DNA from: Rhizaria sp. SCN 62-66
Lineage: Eukaryota
NCBI GenBank assembly: GCA_001724265.1
Contig: MEDY01000237.1
Coordinates: forward strand, 1-64,000
Length of the DNA: 64,000 nucleotides
Direction of reading: 5' to 3'
The notes below the pieces were generated by a model. It was not told the DNA's origin and did no database searches. It was given only the letters and a program-made list of their open reading frames with translations. Positions within the stretch are counted from its first letter, which is position 1; each line of letters begins with the position of its first letter. Made by a program: the position numbers and the translations under genes. Shown here one piece after another: positions 25,412-36,545 of the stretch.

Positions 25412-26663
25412 TTGCGGTGACAAAGTAGAGAACAACAGTAGCTGTTGTGTGGGTGCTCCTGGCTGTGTAGTGGTGGGTTGACCTGGTGTTAGGTTAGCGG
25501 AGACCGGCGTGTGCCTGTGTGGGGTGGGGATGTGGTTGGTTGAGCTCAGGGAGCGTCAGACCAGCCAGAAGAGGAATGGAACAAGGCTGTAAGGAGTCAG
25601 GCAAAGCCAAAGGTGGATGCTAAACAAGCTTGAAGAAGCCTGCGTCGACGAAACCTGGTTTGGGCAAGAGGCAGAGACGTGGCACAGGGAGAACGGGTGT
25701 GCAAGATGAAGTAAGCAGAAGGCAACAGGAGCAGGATCAAAACCGAGGGGACGCTCATCAGGTCAAACGCTGTACAAAACAAAAGCATTATTTTATGTTC
25801 AGCCAGCTGACGCGTGAATCTAAAAGTTTAGTTCAGCGTCTAAATGACGATCACAGCCTGAGATACAAGAGGTTTCTTAGCGAAACCACAAGCCGCTCGG
25901 CTCACTATGCTCGCTCGTGGTGGGTCGGCTTTTTTACGAACCGAATGTGTTGTTGGCACGCGTCCAAAACCTGCATTGATAATATCTATCTCGTAACAGT
26001 GTCAATGCCTGTGACTTAAACACTACAATATCATGTTGTTCATCGAGCTTTGTAGCGTATGACGCTATTCACTACTCTATACCAAACCAACATGACGAAA
26101 TATCCTTGAATATCATACGTCACTACTGCTTTAACACATGTGCAGAAAGATATATAAATGTTTCAAAAGAGTAAACTCTGTAATTAAGTTCAAAGTGTTT
26201 CTTAGTCTATATTAACATGTTTTTAAAGCACTTTACCTTGTTTTCCCAATGGTATGTGTAATGTTCTACCTCCTTTGACAAACCCATTCGAGTGATGAGC
26301 GTTCAATTTTGCGTGTGTTCAAATAAATTAAGCATTTTATGAAATTCAAAACCACTTGAAAACGGTTTACTAATAGTTGATATATCATTTTTCGTTTTTA
26401 AAAAACCTCTAGCTAACGAATATCAATGATAAGCGAAGATTTGTTGTCCTTTCGTGCCGGGTCGTGACTGTTCTGGTTCAAGAGTCTGCGCTCAACGTGA
26501 GTAACGCCAGATCTTCAACCAAGCTGAAATCGATGCATCATCCATCAATAGCTCCAGCAGCAGTAGATCCGGAATGCCTCTTTATTTTTGTTGTAGTTCC
26601 CTTAATAATGTTTCTCACAGACTTGTTTATACCCGTCTTTCACCCACTCGTAGACCTCACGTC

Positions 26664-27498
26664 ATGCCCAAGAACCCCAAGGTACGCTCCCATTCTCCGC
26701 CTGCACGTTCCTCGTCATCAACGCTATCCAATCAACCCCCCAGAGCTCACCATGGCACTTGATATGCTTGTTTTTACAGGTTTTTCTTGACATCTCCATC
26801 GACGACGCGCCCATCGGTCGTCTGGAGATCACTCTCTTCGCCGACGTGGTGCCGCTCACTGCCGAGAACTTCCGCGTCCTCTGCACGGGCGAGAAGGGCT
26901 TTGGCATTGCTGGCTCGCCTTTCCACCGCGTAATCAAGGGCTTTATGGCGCAGGGCGGCGACTTCACGCGCCAGAACGGCACCGGTGGCTATTCTATTTA
27001 CGGACAGACGTTTCAGGACGAGAACTTCAACATCTCGCACTCGCGCCGCGGCCTGCTTTCACTCGCCAACGCGGGACCCAACACCAACGGTTCCCAGGTA
27101 CGCGTGACCACATTATCATCTATACGATATCATATCTCTATTTGTTCAGTATCACGTGTATGCATGGCTGTTACATCTTGGTTCACGTCTTCTGAATCCC
27201 ACTCTGCAACGTTCACTATCTTCACATCTCTCGCTTTAACTCACTCCATGCTTTGCTTATGCTGTGTGTTGCTCGATATGTACGCGTATAGTTCTTCATC
27301 CTGTTCAAGGCTGCGCCGTTCTTGGACGGCCGCCACGTCGTCTTCGGCGCCGTCGAGCCCGACTGCGAGTCCGTGCTGACGCAGATCGAGACTGCGGGCG
27401 TCATTTCCGACGGATACCCGCTGCAGCACTCGATCACCATCACCAAGTCCGGTATTGTCGGTGAGGGCGATGACGAGGCGGCTGCTTTGGCCGAGTGA
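26664..27498 (+). CDS. Single-domain cyclophilin-type peptidyl-prolyl isomerase, about 180 aa; exons 26664-26681, 26780-27097, 27292-27498
   Basis: [57 protein letters not shown] and LDGRHVVFG. Two GTACGC…AG introns; ends in TGA TGA TGA. Confidence 0.93.
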
Positions 27499-27902
27499 TG
27501 ATGACAAACACGCTGTGAAACTAGGTTTAGTCGATATGAAAGTACTAAAAAATATGTCAATATGGCCGTTCGCCGTGGATAAAAGTCGATGCGCGAACCC
27601 ATAGTTTATAAATACATATATTACGTGTTATAATGATGTTATTTTTAATATTAATAGCAGAGATCCTTGCTTCGTCTAGATACGCCTTGTTATGTGAAAC
27701 TGTGTGTCTCGGCTCCAGAGTCGCGCTCTTGTGCAACGCAATCCTCATAATTCGAATATTCAAGATCTCTCCAGAATGATCGTCATCAGCTCTGTTATGA
27801 TAGCTCTGAATTTGTCACATACTTTTCGCAATGGTTCTAAAATTATATCACGTATCACTGATTTCTTCATTGTTTATCTCTCCATTTTTCCGCAGTGGTG
27901 CG

Positions 27903-30900
27903 ATGCAACCGCAGCCATCAGCGCCGCCCGCGTCTGGTGCCGCGAACACGCATTTGAACGACGATGTCATCGACCTCGTCTCCAGTAGCAGCGACTCCGA
28001 AGATGCTATGACTGTCCCCGCTGTAAAGCGCTCTCGCCCTGCTGGCACTGCCGGCCACACTGCAGCTGCGGACTCGACTGAGGTTGTGATTGATAGGACA
28101 ACCGATACGACGGACGTCTCAACAGCGACAACCGAAGCAAGCGACTCGCATGCGCCCGTCACAGCGGCACAGTCTCTGACGTCTGCCATATTTTCCCTCG
28201 ACCGGTTCCGCGCTGTGCTCACCTCGCAGCAAACCAAGCGCAGCGCCGCTACGGCCCACCCCGCCCCTGCCCCTGCTGCTGCTCCCCCTGTACCTGCTGC
28301 GGCCACCCCTGCCCCCGCTGTTCCTGCCCCGGCGGCCCGCTCTGCGCATGTGTTTGCTGCCGCCGCTGCGCAGGGAACGGCCAGCTCTGGCTCATGGTGG
28401 AGGCAGCCCTCTGCGTCGGCCACTGCGGCCTCGCTCTCCGCGGTCGTCGCCGCCACCCCCGCAGTCTCGAACACCACAAACACCTCGCTCGCTGGCGCGG
28501 CATATGCAGTCGCGGTCGCCGATACAGCAGACGCGGGCAACGATGTCTTAGGCAATATGATGGTGTCGGCCCATCCCGTCAAAGCCCCTGCTAAGAAGCC
28601 GGCTAAGACCGCTGCCGCTGCTGCTGCCGTTGCCGCTGCTGCCGCTGCCGATGGTGCTGCTTCTGCAGCCAAAGGTGCCAAGGCCACCGGTGCGATGAAG
28701 AAGCCGGCCGCCGCGGCAGCGGCTGCCTTTGTCCCTGAGCCAACCGCTGCGGCCGCCACTGCGAGCAAAAGCAAGGGCACGGCTAAACCTGCGACGGCTG
28801 TGGCAGGATTTAACAACGCCAACAGTGTGAAACCTGCAGTCGGCAAATTTGGCAATACCGTCGATGCAAAGTCCCTTAACATGGGAGAGGGTTTGAACGC
28901 TAACGGCGCAGCCCCGAACGGCTTTTGGCGGCCCGGCGACGCACCGTACACGCCGAGCGCGCGCAGCATCAAGCGCGCGGAGAAGTATAAGCGCGAAATG
29001 GCCACGCGCGTGGCGGCGCGGCAGGCGGCGCTCGACGGGCTGTCGCTGTTCACGGTGGCTCCAGAGAGCGCGCTCAAGTTCGAAGCGCTTGCCGACCGTG
29101 CCCGTGGTGAAATCGTTTCCAGCGCAGACGCTGGCGCGAATGCTGTGAACATGATCGACACTGATGATGTGGCGATTGTTGGCGCTGCCGCTGACGCTGA
29201 AGCTGTGAGCCGCAAGGACGGTGATGATGATGCTACTGCGGCAGCTGTCACGGCTGCTGCTGCTGCGGCGGCGGCGGCGGCGGCTGACAACGAACCTGTC
29301 GTATTCTTCAATACTGACGAAGACCTTGCGACTGCGGCTGCTCCTGTTCATGTTCCTGTTGCTTCTGCTCAACATACAAAGAAAGAGACGTTGCCGCCGC
29401 CGCCGCTGTTGTTGTGCCCTACGCCGCTGCTGGTGTTTCCCATCGTGCCCCCGCCCTCGCTGCTGACGGCCGCCTCACTCGCGTGCTTTCTGCCGCCTGT
29501 GTTATCTCTAACGGCGACAAGCCCAAATCTAAGTGTCCTGACCCCCTTAGAGCGCCAGGTCCGCGCGCTCAAACTTGCCCACCCGTCCCTTGTCCTGTTC
29601 TTTGAAGTCGGCTACCGCTATCGGCTCTTTGGGCCTGATGCGCAAATTGCGGCGGCGCTGCTGCACGTGCAGTGCGTGCGCGACGGCGAAGGCTCGGCCG
29701 CGAAACCCGTGCTTGTGAGCGCTGGACCGACCGAGAACGACAAAGTCGGCATCGACGCCAAGGCTCGCGTCGTCAACATCGACGTCGCTCGCTCGACGCG
29801 GCTCGTCTGGAAGTCCTTCGACGCGGTGAAGGCGTTAAAGATGGGTTCTTTGGCGGCGCGTGATGCGGCGAGGAAGGAGGCAGCGAAGGAGCCGATCGTT
29901 GAACAACTTGATAAGCCAACCAATGGCCGGTATATGGCTGCGTCAGTGCCCACCGTGAGGGGCAACATCGCGCTCCAAGCCTTTCTGAAGGCCGGTTACA
30001 AGGTTGGCATCGTGCGTCAGCGCGCTGAATTGAAGCCGCGCGCAGAAGCTAAGCCCCGCTCCAAGAAGGGTAGCAATGTCAGTCAGAGTCGTGTTGGTGA
30101 TGACGACGAAAATAAGCCAATCATTACGTTTGATGACGACAACGACGCCAGTGATGACGCCGATGATGTTGGGGACGGTGGTGACAAAGCCATTCGCCGC
30201 AAAAACGACTCAAGCAATCGGTCCGACTTCCAAGCGCACTCGCGGACACAGACGCAGACAACAGTGCAGCCGCAGTCCGCAGCAGAGGGTGAGTCTAGCT
30301 GGGGCGTGCTCACAGCGTCAGCTGCGGGCGCGGCCACTGCTTTGAATGACACGACTCTCCGCTCGGCCTCGGGCTCCGTCCTTGACGTCAACGGTGTCAG
30401 CAGCGCGGGGAGTAAGAAAGGTACGGTTGTGTACGTGCGTTACTTAGAACGCATCTTCTCGCCGTCCACGTACTTTACGCCGCCCTCAGTGCCCCTTGCA
30501 CTGACACTCGGCGGCACAGACGCGGCGAGTGCGGGCGCGCAGAGCAAGGCGGCCGCTGTGGCTGCGGCGGCCGCGGCGGTTGCGGCCGCGGGCGCTGGCG
30601 CCGACAGCGGGGCAGCGCGGTGGGTGTTGTCCCTGATCGAACTGCCAACGGCCCACAGTCACATTGCCGCGCACAGTCGCCTTCAGGGCGTACCTGCAGC
30701 GCTGAGCCAAGTGGTGCACAGTCATTATAGCACCGCCACCACCACCAGTGGGGCAAATCGCCATTCAAAGCGTTCCGTGGCTGTGGCAGTTGCGCTGTGT
30801 GCTGTCGATGTTGTCTCGGGCCGCGTGGTGTGGGACGTATGGCGCGAAAGTCAAGCCGTGTTGGCTCAAGGGCAAGCGGCAACAACGCAAACAGAGCAAG

Positions 30901-33900
30901 CCAATACCGCCACTCCATCAAACGTGTTTAGTGACCGGACTGGCCTCCAGGGGCGGCTTGACTTTCTCGCGCCTCGCGAAATCGTTCTCTTTAGTCTTCC
31001 TTCAAACATTCTCGACCACAGCAACGAAAGCAGCGACACTGCAACGAGTCGCGCGTCAGCGTCAGTGCTTACCCCAGTTGATCCACTTGCAATCCCTGCC
31101 GACTCTCCTCTTGCAGCCACTGCAACCGCGCTAGAGCTCGCGCTCTCGGCCCTCCCGCGCCCTGCAGTGACCGTTGGCACGGCTGCGTGTCTCGCCCGCA
31201 TGTACGCGCCCTCCTGGCCTTCAGTGACCATAAGCAGTCGTGACAGTGACCGTGGGAGTGACCATGAGCAAGCGCGTGGCCACGATCCCGAGCGCGCGCT
31301 GTGGGGAGTCACGGGCTCCCCGCGGGGGCTGCTGGCTGCGTGTGCGCGCGCGCAGGCAGTGGGGGCGTGGGGGGAACTGACGACGCTGTTGTCAGCAAAG
31401 ATTGCCAGGGTGAGAGCAGAAGAAGAAGAGTTAGAGTCAAGGCTCGCGTCAAGGCTCGTTAAATCTTCCTTCCAGTGCAAGGGAGGTAAGACCCGGGCTC
31501 CGCCAAAACTCATCGATATCGATCACTTCAAATACTCCGACGATTACGAACCAGATGCGAGCAGTGACAGTGCCATCGATGGCGACGAAGTCTTTAGTGA
31601 CGACGAAGACGCGGAAGCGAACCACGTCGCTGCTCTCGGCATGAACGGCAGAGGCAGTGACAGTGATGACGACAAACCTGGCTCTCAAACGCGTGGCCGC
31701 GGCACGTCTGCGTCGCTTTCGGAAGCGGCCTCGGCGTTCGCGCGCGGCTCTGTGCAGCACCCTGACTCGGCCCTGCTTCCTCCCTTTGCAGCCGCTGTGT
31801 TCAGCCCCAACTCGCGCCTGCTCACGGTTCCTCTGCACACTGGCAGAGCGACGAGCGCGGCGTCTACAGCCACAAACGCGGCAATTGCGACGCACGGTCA
31901 GCTTGCGAGCGCGAGTGCGCGCGTGCCTGTGGCAGTCGAGCTTCTGCCACCGGCCGCGACCGCTGCATTGTTTCCTGCACAAGCTACTGCTGCGAGCGCG
32001 ACAGAGGCAACGGAAGCAACGGATGTGTTGGTGAGGCTTGTCAAAGCACGGCTTGTCGCTGCTGTCACTGTTGCATCTGTTGCGAACAACATTGCTAACA
32101 CTATTGCGAACAACAATAGCAGTGACAGTAATACTAGCGCGAGTGCGAGAGTCAATGGTGGCGTCAATGAGGTCCGCTCGAACAGCGACGCGGTCGCGAC
32201 AGTTGTTGCATCTTTGCTATCCCAGCATCAGCACAGCCATGGCCACAAGTACGCCACGGCTCTGCACTATGCCGCGATGGCGATTGTGACTGCGCTGGCA
32301 TTGCCCGCCCCGGCCGCGCTTGCTGCGGCCGCTCTGGTGACGCATCTGTCGCTGCTCTCGGTCACTCCGCGGACCGCGACCACGGTGGCGCCCACCGGAG
32401 TCGTCACAGTCGCCGCGTCCGACAACCCCTTCGCGGTCTCCTGTGACTCAAACAACGGCAGCGGCGAGAACCGTAGAAAGGATAAGAGTGATAACGAACT
32501 GTGGGGTACAGCGTCAGTGCTGGGCGATGCATTTTTAGCCGCAGGCGCGCACATCCTAGTCTCGGGCACGCGTGCAACTGCAGCAGCTGCTGCTGAGACT
32601 GACAGCGCGGCTGCGATGACAGGGGCGGCGCTTGTGCAACGCATGGCGTGGCACGCGCCTGTGAAGCCGCGGCGTACTCAGTCGCAGAAGGCAGCGCAGT
32701 CTAGCTCGCTGTCGCGGCTACAGCCGCAATCGCAAGCGCAGATGGCCTCAGACACTGCAAAGCGTGACGAAAAGGCAATGGGTGCCACAGACGCGGAATC
32801 AGATGCTGATGTTTCTTCAAGCGATACGGACACTGATGATAACGAAGGCGGTGATAATGGCGCCTACAATGCTCGACACGCGCGATCACAGTCTCAGTCG
32901 CACGTTAACGCATCCTTTGGCTCGTTCCCCCTCGACGCAGACACAATCGTCAATCTATCCCTGCTCCCGTCCCCCTTGTGCCCGCCCGGTCACTCCGCGC
33001 TCGACCTGCTCTGCCGCCACGCCCGCTCCCCCGCCACCGCAGCGCTGCTCCGCGCCTGGCTGCTGCGCCCGCTGAGCGCACCCGCTCTGATCCGTGCCCG
33101 CCACGCCGCGGTCGCCGTCGCGCGCGCTGCCCTTGCGCCAGCGGCCACAGTTGCGGCGTTCTCCGCTGTCTCGGATCGCGCTTACAGTGGCCGCGTCGAC
33201 GTGCTGTGCAGCCGCTGCGAGTCGCACTCCAGCACCAGCGGAAGGGCGAATGCAAGCGCAATGTCGAGCTCAAGCGCGAGTGCGAGTGCCGATGTCGCCG
33301 CTGTGTGTTCACGGTCACTGGGCTGGCTGTGCGACCCCCTCAGCGACGCCACCGAGACCTTGCTCCCCCGCGGCCTGCCCGCCTCTGCCGCAGCGCGGGG
33401 CGCGGACCCCGTGGCCGCGGCGCTGGCGTACGCGCTCGGCGCGGGGCCCGCTGCGGACGCCCGGGGCGCGGGACCGCGCGAGGCGGAGCAGCGCGAGGCC
33501 GCGGTGTGGGCTGCGTGGGCGCGCAAGTGTCTCACAGTTACTAGGGGCAGCGCGCCCAAGCTCGGCAACGCGGAAGCGTCTGCAGTTGGTGATGGCAGTG
33601 TTTGTGCGCCGCCGACTGATGTCAATGCTCCCAGGACGCAGTCACAATCTCGGTGTCAGTCGCAGCTACCTCCGCTGTTGCCAGTCACTGAGAGTTTGCT
33701 ATCCCACTTCGCTCCGCTCGGCGCCGCCCCGTGGCTACGCCGCGTGCGCGCTTGTCTTCCCCTGCTGCCCGATATTGCATCGGCGCTCGCCGCGGCTGCC
33801 AGCGCGACGCCCGCGACATTCTCAGCTTTTATCGCATCCTCGACCTCGGGTGTAAGTACTTCAAACGTAAGTGCCTCTCCTGTAAGTGGCAACGCGTGGG

Positions 33901-36545
33901 GCGGGGGCATCACCGCGATGGGTCTATGGCGGCTGCTCGAAGGCGTTGCGATGCTGTGCGACGTCGCTGCTGTGGCCGCGCATGGTGCGCACGCAATGGC
34001 CTTAGTCGCAGACGCGATCGAGCGTGTGTGCAGCTGCAACAAACACAATAGTGACAAGGTGCATGTTGACAGTGACGTCCTCCGTGCAAGTGGATGCGAT
34101 TGCGATTGTGGCTGCCGCGACGACGCTGCGGCGACAGAGCTCCGAGCTGCCGCGATTACGTTTGCGAGTGGGATCGACTCCGCCGCCGTCGCTCAGCTCC
34201 GCGACGCTGTCGTCGCGACTGCGGCGACGCTTGTGTGCCCTATCGCGCCCGCCGTCGCGCCGCGCACACGCGCACTTGCAGCTTCAGCTACGACAACAGT
34301 GGTGTTAAGCCCCGCAGCACCTGTATCAGCTGCTGCTGCGGCCGCTGCAGCTGACCAGACTGCTAAAAGGGTCCCTCGCAAGTCTACAGGAGGAAAACCA
34401 ACGTCAGCTGCTCGCAGCGAGAGCGGCGCGTCGCAGTTTATGTACCGCGGTCGGCTTCCCAACGGACGGCCGCTGTTCGTGCGCCGCCCGACTGTAACAA
34501 CAGTTTCTGATGCTACCGCCGTGCCGACGGACAGTGGCGGCTCTGTTATTGACAGCGGCAATGGCATGATTGATGTGGAATCCACCACCGCCAACAACAC
34601 TGACGCGAACCGAAACAGAGTCGTCAATGTGGATGAGACGTGTGCCGCAGTTGCTGAGGCCACCACCGCCGTCAATGCGGCTGCTGCTGCCACCGCGGCC
34701 GCAGCCTCGCCATCAGCTTTCTTGCTTTCGTCGCCGCAACTGCGACCTGTGCTGCACGCCGCCCGCGCGCGGCTCGCCTCGGCCGAGGCACGCCTGCGCG
34801 GGCTGCTCGCGCTGGTGCGGCGGGCGCTGGGGCCGGGGTACGAGCAAGTCGAGTGGACCGCGGTCTCCGGCGAGGAGTGGCTCATCGAAATCAAGCGCTC
34901 GGTTGTGGATGGCAAGAAATCCGCAGTGTCGAAGGCGGGCAAAAGCAGGGCAACTCTCGCTGGCGATGCCGTTCTCGGCGCAAACGCTGGTGTTGTTGAA
35001 GAGCCGATTGACGTTGCCGCAGTGCTGTCTCAGTGGGAGCGCGTGTCCACGACGCAAAAGGTCGTCCGCTACCGTCCCCCCGCCGTCGGCGCCGCGCTGA
35101 CTGAACTGTCCTCAGCGCGCCTTGCCGTGGCCGCAGCGGCGGCTGACGCGCTTGCGCTCACGGCCACGGGAGTGGCGGCGCGCGTGGGCCCCGCGGCGCG
35201 CCGGCTGCTGCAGAGCGTGCTGGAGATCGACGCGATCGCTGCGCTCGCACAGCTTGCGGCCGAGGAAGGATATGTCAAGCCGCGCATTGTGGCGGAGGTA
35301 AAGTCGCCACGTGATGACACTGCTGCGGGTTCTCGTGTGATGGCGCGAGATTTGCGGCATGCGATGGTCGAGTCGCTCATGAAGACGGAAGGCAAGGGGT
35401 ACTATGTTCCCAACGACTGCGTCCTAGGCTGGGACCTACCTCCTACTACGGACAAGCATCACGAACAAAGCTCAAATCAACTGCATGACCAGCTGCAGCC
35501 GAATCTTAGTCACCAGGCATCCCGTCTCTCCGGCTTCGAGTGGCCGTCGCACGCGCGCGCCCTCGTCGTCACAGGCCCGAACATGGGCGGTAAGTCCAGC
35601 TACTGCCGCTCCCTTGCACTCGCAGTCATCCTCGCCCAGTGCGGCTCGTTTGTCCCTGCCTCGTCCTTCGCGCTGGCCCCCGTAGACTCGGTTCTCACGC
35701 GCATGGGCGCTTCGGACTCGATTCTGACCGGGAAATCGACGTTCTACACAGAGCTGAGCGAGACTAGCCGCATTCTCGCCACCGCGACCCCCCGGTCGCT
35801 GGTGCTGCTGGACGAGCTGGGCCGCGGCACGAGCACACACGACGGCACCGCGCTGGCGTGGGCCGTGCTCAGCGACCTCCGCGACCGCTCGCGGTGCCTG
35901 ACGCTGTTTACGACGCATTACCCGCTGCTGGGCAGGCTCGCGCTGGCGCCGCCGCAGGGACTGGTGAGCAACTGCCACGTCGCCTTTGTCGAACGCACGA
36001 GCAGCAACACCGGCGGCGCTCATAACACCGTCAAACTGCAGCCGAGTCACTCGCAGGCGAGTTTGAGCTTGAGCTCTCAGGAGAGTGCAGTTGTTGGCTC
36101 GCGCGCCAAGGCCGGCGCCGCCGTGTCGTTTCTGTACCGCGTCCGCGGCGGCCTGTGCCCCCGCAGCTTCGGCCTCCACGTCGCTCGTCTCGCTGGTCTG
36201 CCGCCGCCGGTGCTCGCGGCGGCCGCCGCAGCGAGCGCGCGCGCGGAGGACGACGCGCGGGCGCGGGAAAGCAGCCGCGCCGTTGCTGTCGCTGCTGAGG
36301 CGCTAGCAGCGCTCAAGGCGGCGAAGGCAGCGTTGAGTGAGAGGCGGGCGGCGCAGCCGAGTGGCGACTATGGCGAGCAAGAGGATGAAAAGCTCGACTT
36401 ATGGGTCTTGCTTGATCGTGTCGCACTCGCGAACAACATGGACAGCAATAGTAGCTGTGCGGGCATGAAGGAGAGGGTTGCGCAAGCACTTTCAACGCTC
36501 GAGTGGAACAAAAATAACTCTGGGCTTGGCGCTTCAACCAAATAA
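27903..36545 (+). CDS. MSH3: DNA mismatch repair protein MSH3, about 2880 aa, single open frame; start uncertain (a CAG acceptor at 27893-27895 suggests an upstream exon)
   Basis: The mismatch-binding domain LTPLERQV…HPSLVLFFEVGYRYRLFGPDAQIAA has an MSH3-type GY(K/R)Y rather than the Phe-X-Glu of MSH6. GYKVGIVRQ follows. ATPase motifs: VTGPNMGGKSSY, TRMGASD…GKSTFYTEL, LLDELGRGTSTHDG, LFTTHY, SFGLHVARLAGLP. TAA stop. Confidence 0.88.
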   Translation: MQPQPSAPPASGAANTHLNDDVIDLVSSSSDSEDAMTVPAVKRSRPAGTAGHTAAADSTEVVIDRTTDTTDVSTATTEASDSHAPVTAAQSLTSAIFSLDRFRAVLTSQQTKRSAATAHPAPAPAAAPPVPAAATPAPAVPAPAARSAHVFAAAAAQGTASSGSWWRQPSASATAASLSAVVAATPAVSNTTNTSLAGAAYAVAVADTADAGNDVLGNMMVSAHPVKAPAKKPAKTAAAAAAVAAAAAADGAASAAKGAKATGAMKKPAAAAAAAFVPEPTAAAATASKSKGTAKPATAVAGFNNANSVKPAVGKFGNTVDAKSLNMGEGLNANGAAPNGFWRPGDAPYTPSARSIKRAEKYKREMATRVAARQAALDGLSLFTVAPESALKFEALADRARGEIVSSADAGANAVNMIDTDDVAIVGAAADAEAVSRKDGDDDATAAAVTAAAAAAAAAAADNEPVVFFNTDEDLATAAAPVHVPVASAQHTKKETLPPPPLLLCPTPLLVFPIVPPPSLLTAASLACFLPPVLSLTATSPNLSVLTPLERQVRALKLAHPSLVLFFEVGYRYRLFGPDAQIAAALLHVQCVRDGEGSAAKPVLVSAGPTENDKVGIDAKARVVNIDVARSTRLVWKSFDAVKALKMGSLAARDAARKEAAKEPIVEQLDKPTNGRYMAASVPTVRGNIALQAFLKAGYKVGIVRQRAELKPRAEAKPRSKKGSNVSQSRVGDDDENKPIITFDDDNDASDDADDVGDGGDKAIRRKNDSSNRSDFQAHSRTQTQTTVQPQSAAEGESSWGVLTASAAGAATALNDTTLRSASGSVLDVNGVSSAGSKKGTVVYVRYLERIFSPSTYFTPPSVPLALTLGGTDAASAGAQSKAAAVAAAAAAVAAAGAGADSGAARWVLSLIELPTAHSHIAAHSRLQGVPAALSQVVHSHYSTATTTSGANRHSKRSVAVAVALCAVDVVSGRVVWDVWRESQAVLAQGQAATTQTEQANTATPSNVFSDRTGLQGRLDFLAPREIVLFSLPSNILDHSNESSDTATSRASASVLTPVDPLAIPADSPLAATATALELALSALPRPAVTVGTAACLARMYAPSWPSVTISSRDSDRGSDHEQARGHDPERALWGVTGSPRGLLAACARAQAVGAWGELTTLLSAKIARVRAEEEELESRLASRLVKSSFQCKGGKTRAPPKLIDIDHFKYSDDYEPDASSDSAIDGDEVFSDDEDAEANHVAALGMNGRGSDSDDDKPGSQTRGRGTSASLSEAASAFARGSVQHPDSALLPPFAAAVFSPNSRLLTVPLHTGRATSAASTATNAAIATHGQLASASARVPVAVELLPPAATAALFPAQATAASATEATEATDVLVRLVKARLVAAVTVASVANNIANTIANNNSSDSNTSASARVNGGVNEVRSNSDAVATVVASLLSQHQHSHGHKYATALHYAAMAIVTALALPAPAALAAAALVTHLSLLSVTPRTATTVAPTGVVTVAASDNPFAVSCDSNNGSGENRRKDKSDNELWGTASVLGDAFLAAGAHILVSGTRATAAAAAETDSAAAMTGAALVQRMAWHAPVKPRRTQSQKAAQSSSLSRLQPQSQAQMASDTAKRDEKAMGATDAESDADVSSSDTDTDDNEGGDNGAYNARHARSQSQSHVNASFGSFPLDADTIVNLSLLPSPLCPPGHSALDLLCRHARSPATAALLRAWLLRPLSAPALIRARHAAVAVARAALAPAATVAAFSAVSDRAYSGRVDVLCSRCESHSSTSGRANASAMSSSSASASADVAAVCSRSLGWLCDPLSDATETLLPRGLPASAAARGADPVAAALAYALGAGPAADARGAGPREAEQREAAVWAAWARKCLTVTRGSAPKLGNAEASAVGDGSVCAPPTDVNAPRTQSQSRCQSQLPPLLPVTESLLSHFAPLGAAPWLRRVRACLPLLPDIASALAAAASATPATFSAFIASSTSGVSTSNVSASPVSGNAWGGGITAMGLWRLLEGVAMLCDVAAVAAHGAHAMALVADAIERVCSCNKHNSDKVHVDSDVLRASGCDCDCGCRDDAAATELRAAAITFASGIDSAAVAQLRDAVVATAATLVCPIAPAVAPRTRALAASATTTVVLSPAAPVSAAAAAAAADQTAKRVPRKSTGGKPTSAARSESGASQFMYRGRLPNGRPLFVRRPTVTTVSDATAVPTDSGGSVIDSGNGMIDVESTTANNTDANRNRVVNVDETCAAVAEATTAVNAAAAATAAAASPSAFLLSSPQLRPVLHAARARLASAEARLRGLLALVRRALGPGYEQVEWTAVSGEEWLIEIKRSVVDGKKSAVSKAGKSRATLAGDAVLGANAGVVEEPIDVAAVLSQWERVSTTQKVVRYRPPAVGAALTELSSARLAVAAAAADALALTATGVAARVGPAARRLLQSVLEIDAIAALAQLAAEEGYVKPRIVAEVKSPRDDTAAGSRVMARDLRHAMVESLMKTEGKGYYVPNDCVLGWDLPPTTDKHHEQSSNQLHDQLQPNLSHQASRLSGFEWPSHARALVVTGPNMGGKSSYCRSLALAVILAQCGSFVPASSFALAPVDSVLTRMGASDSILTGKSTFYTELSETSRILATATPRSLVLLDELGRGTSTHDGTALAWAVLSDLRDRSRCLTLFTTHYPLLGRLALAPPQGLVSNCHVAFVERTSSNTGGAHNTVKLQPSHSQASLSLSSQESAVVGSRAKAGAAVSFLYRVRGGLCPRSFGLHVARLAGLPPPVLAAAAAASARAEDDARARESSRAVAVAAEALAALKAAKAALSERRAAQPSGDYGEQEDEKLDLWVLLDRVALANNMDSNSSCAGMKERVAQALSTLEWNKNNSGLGASTK

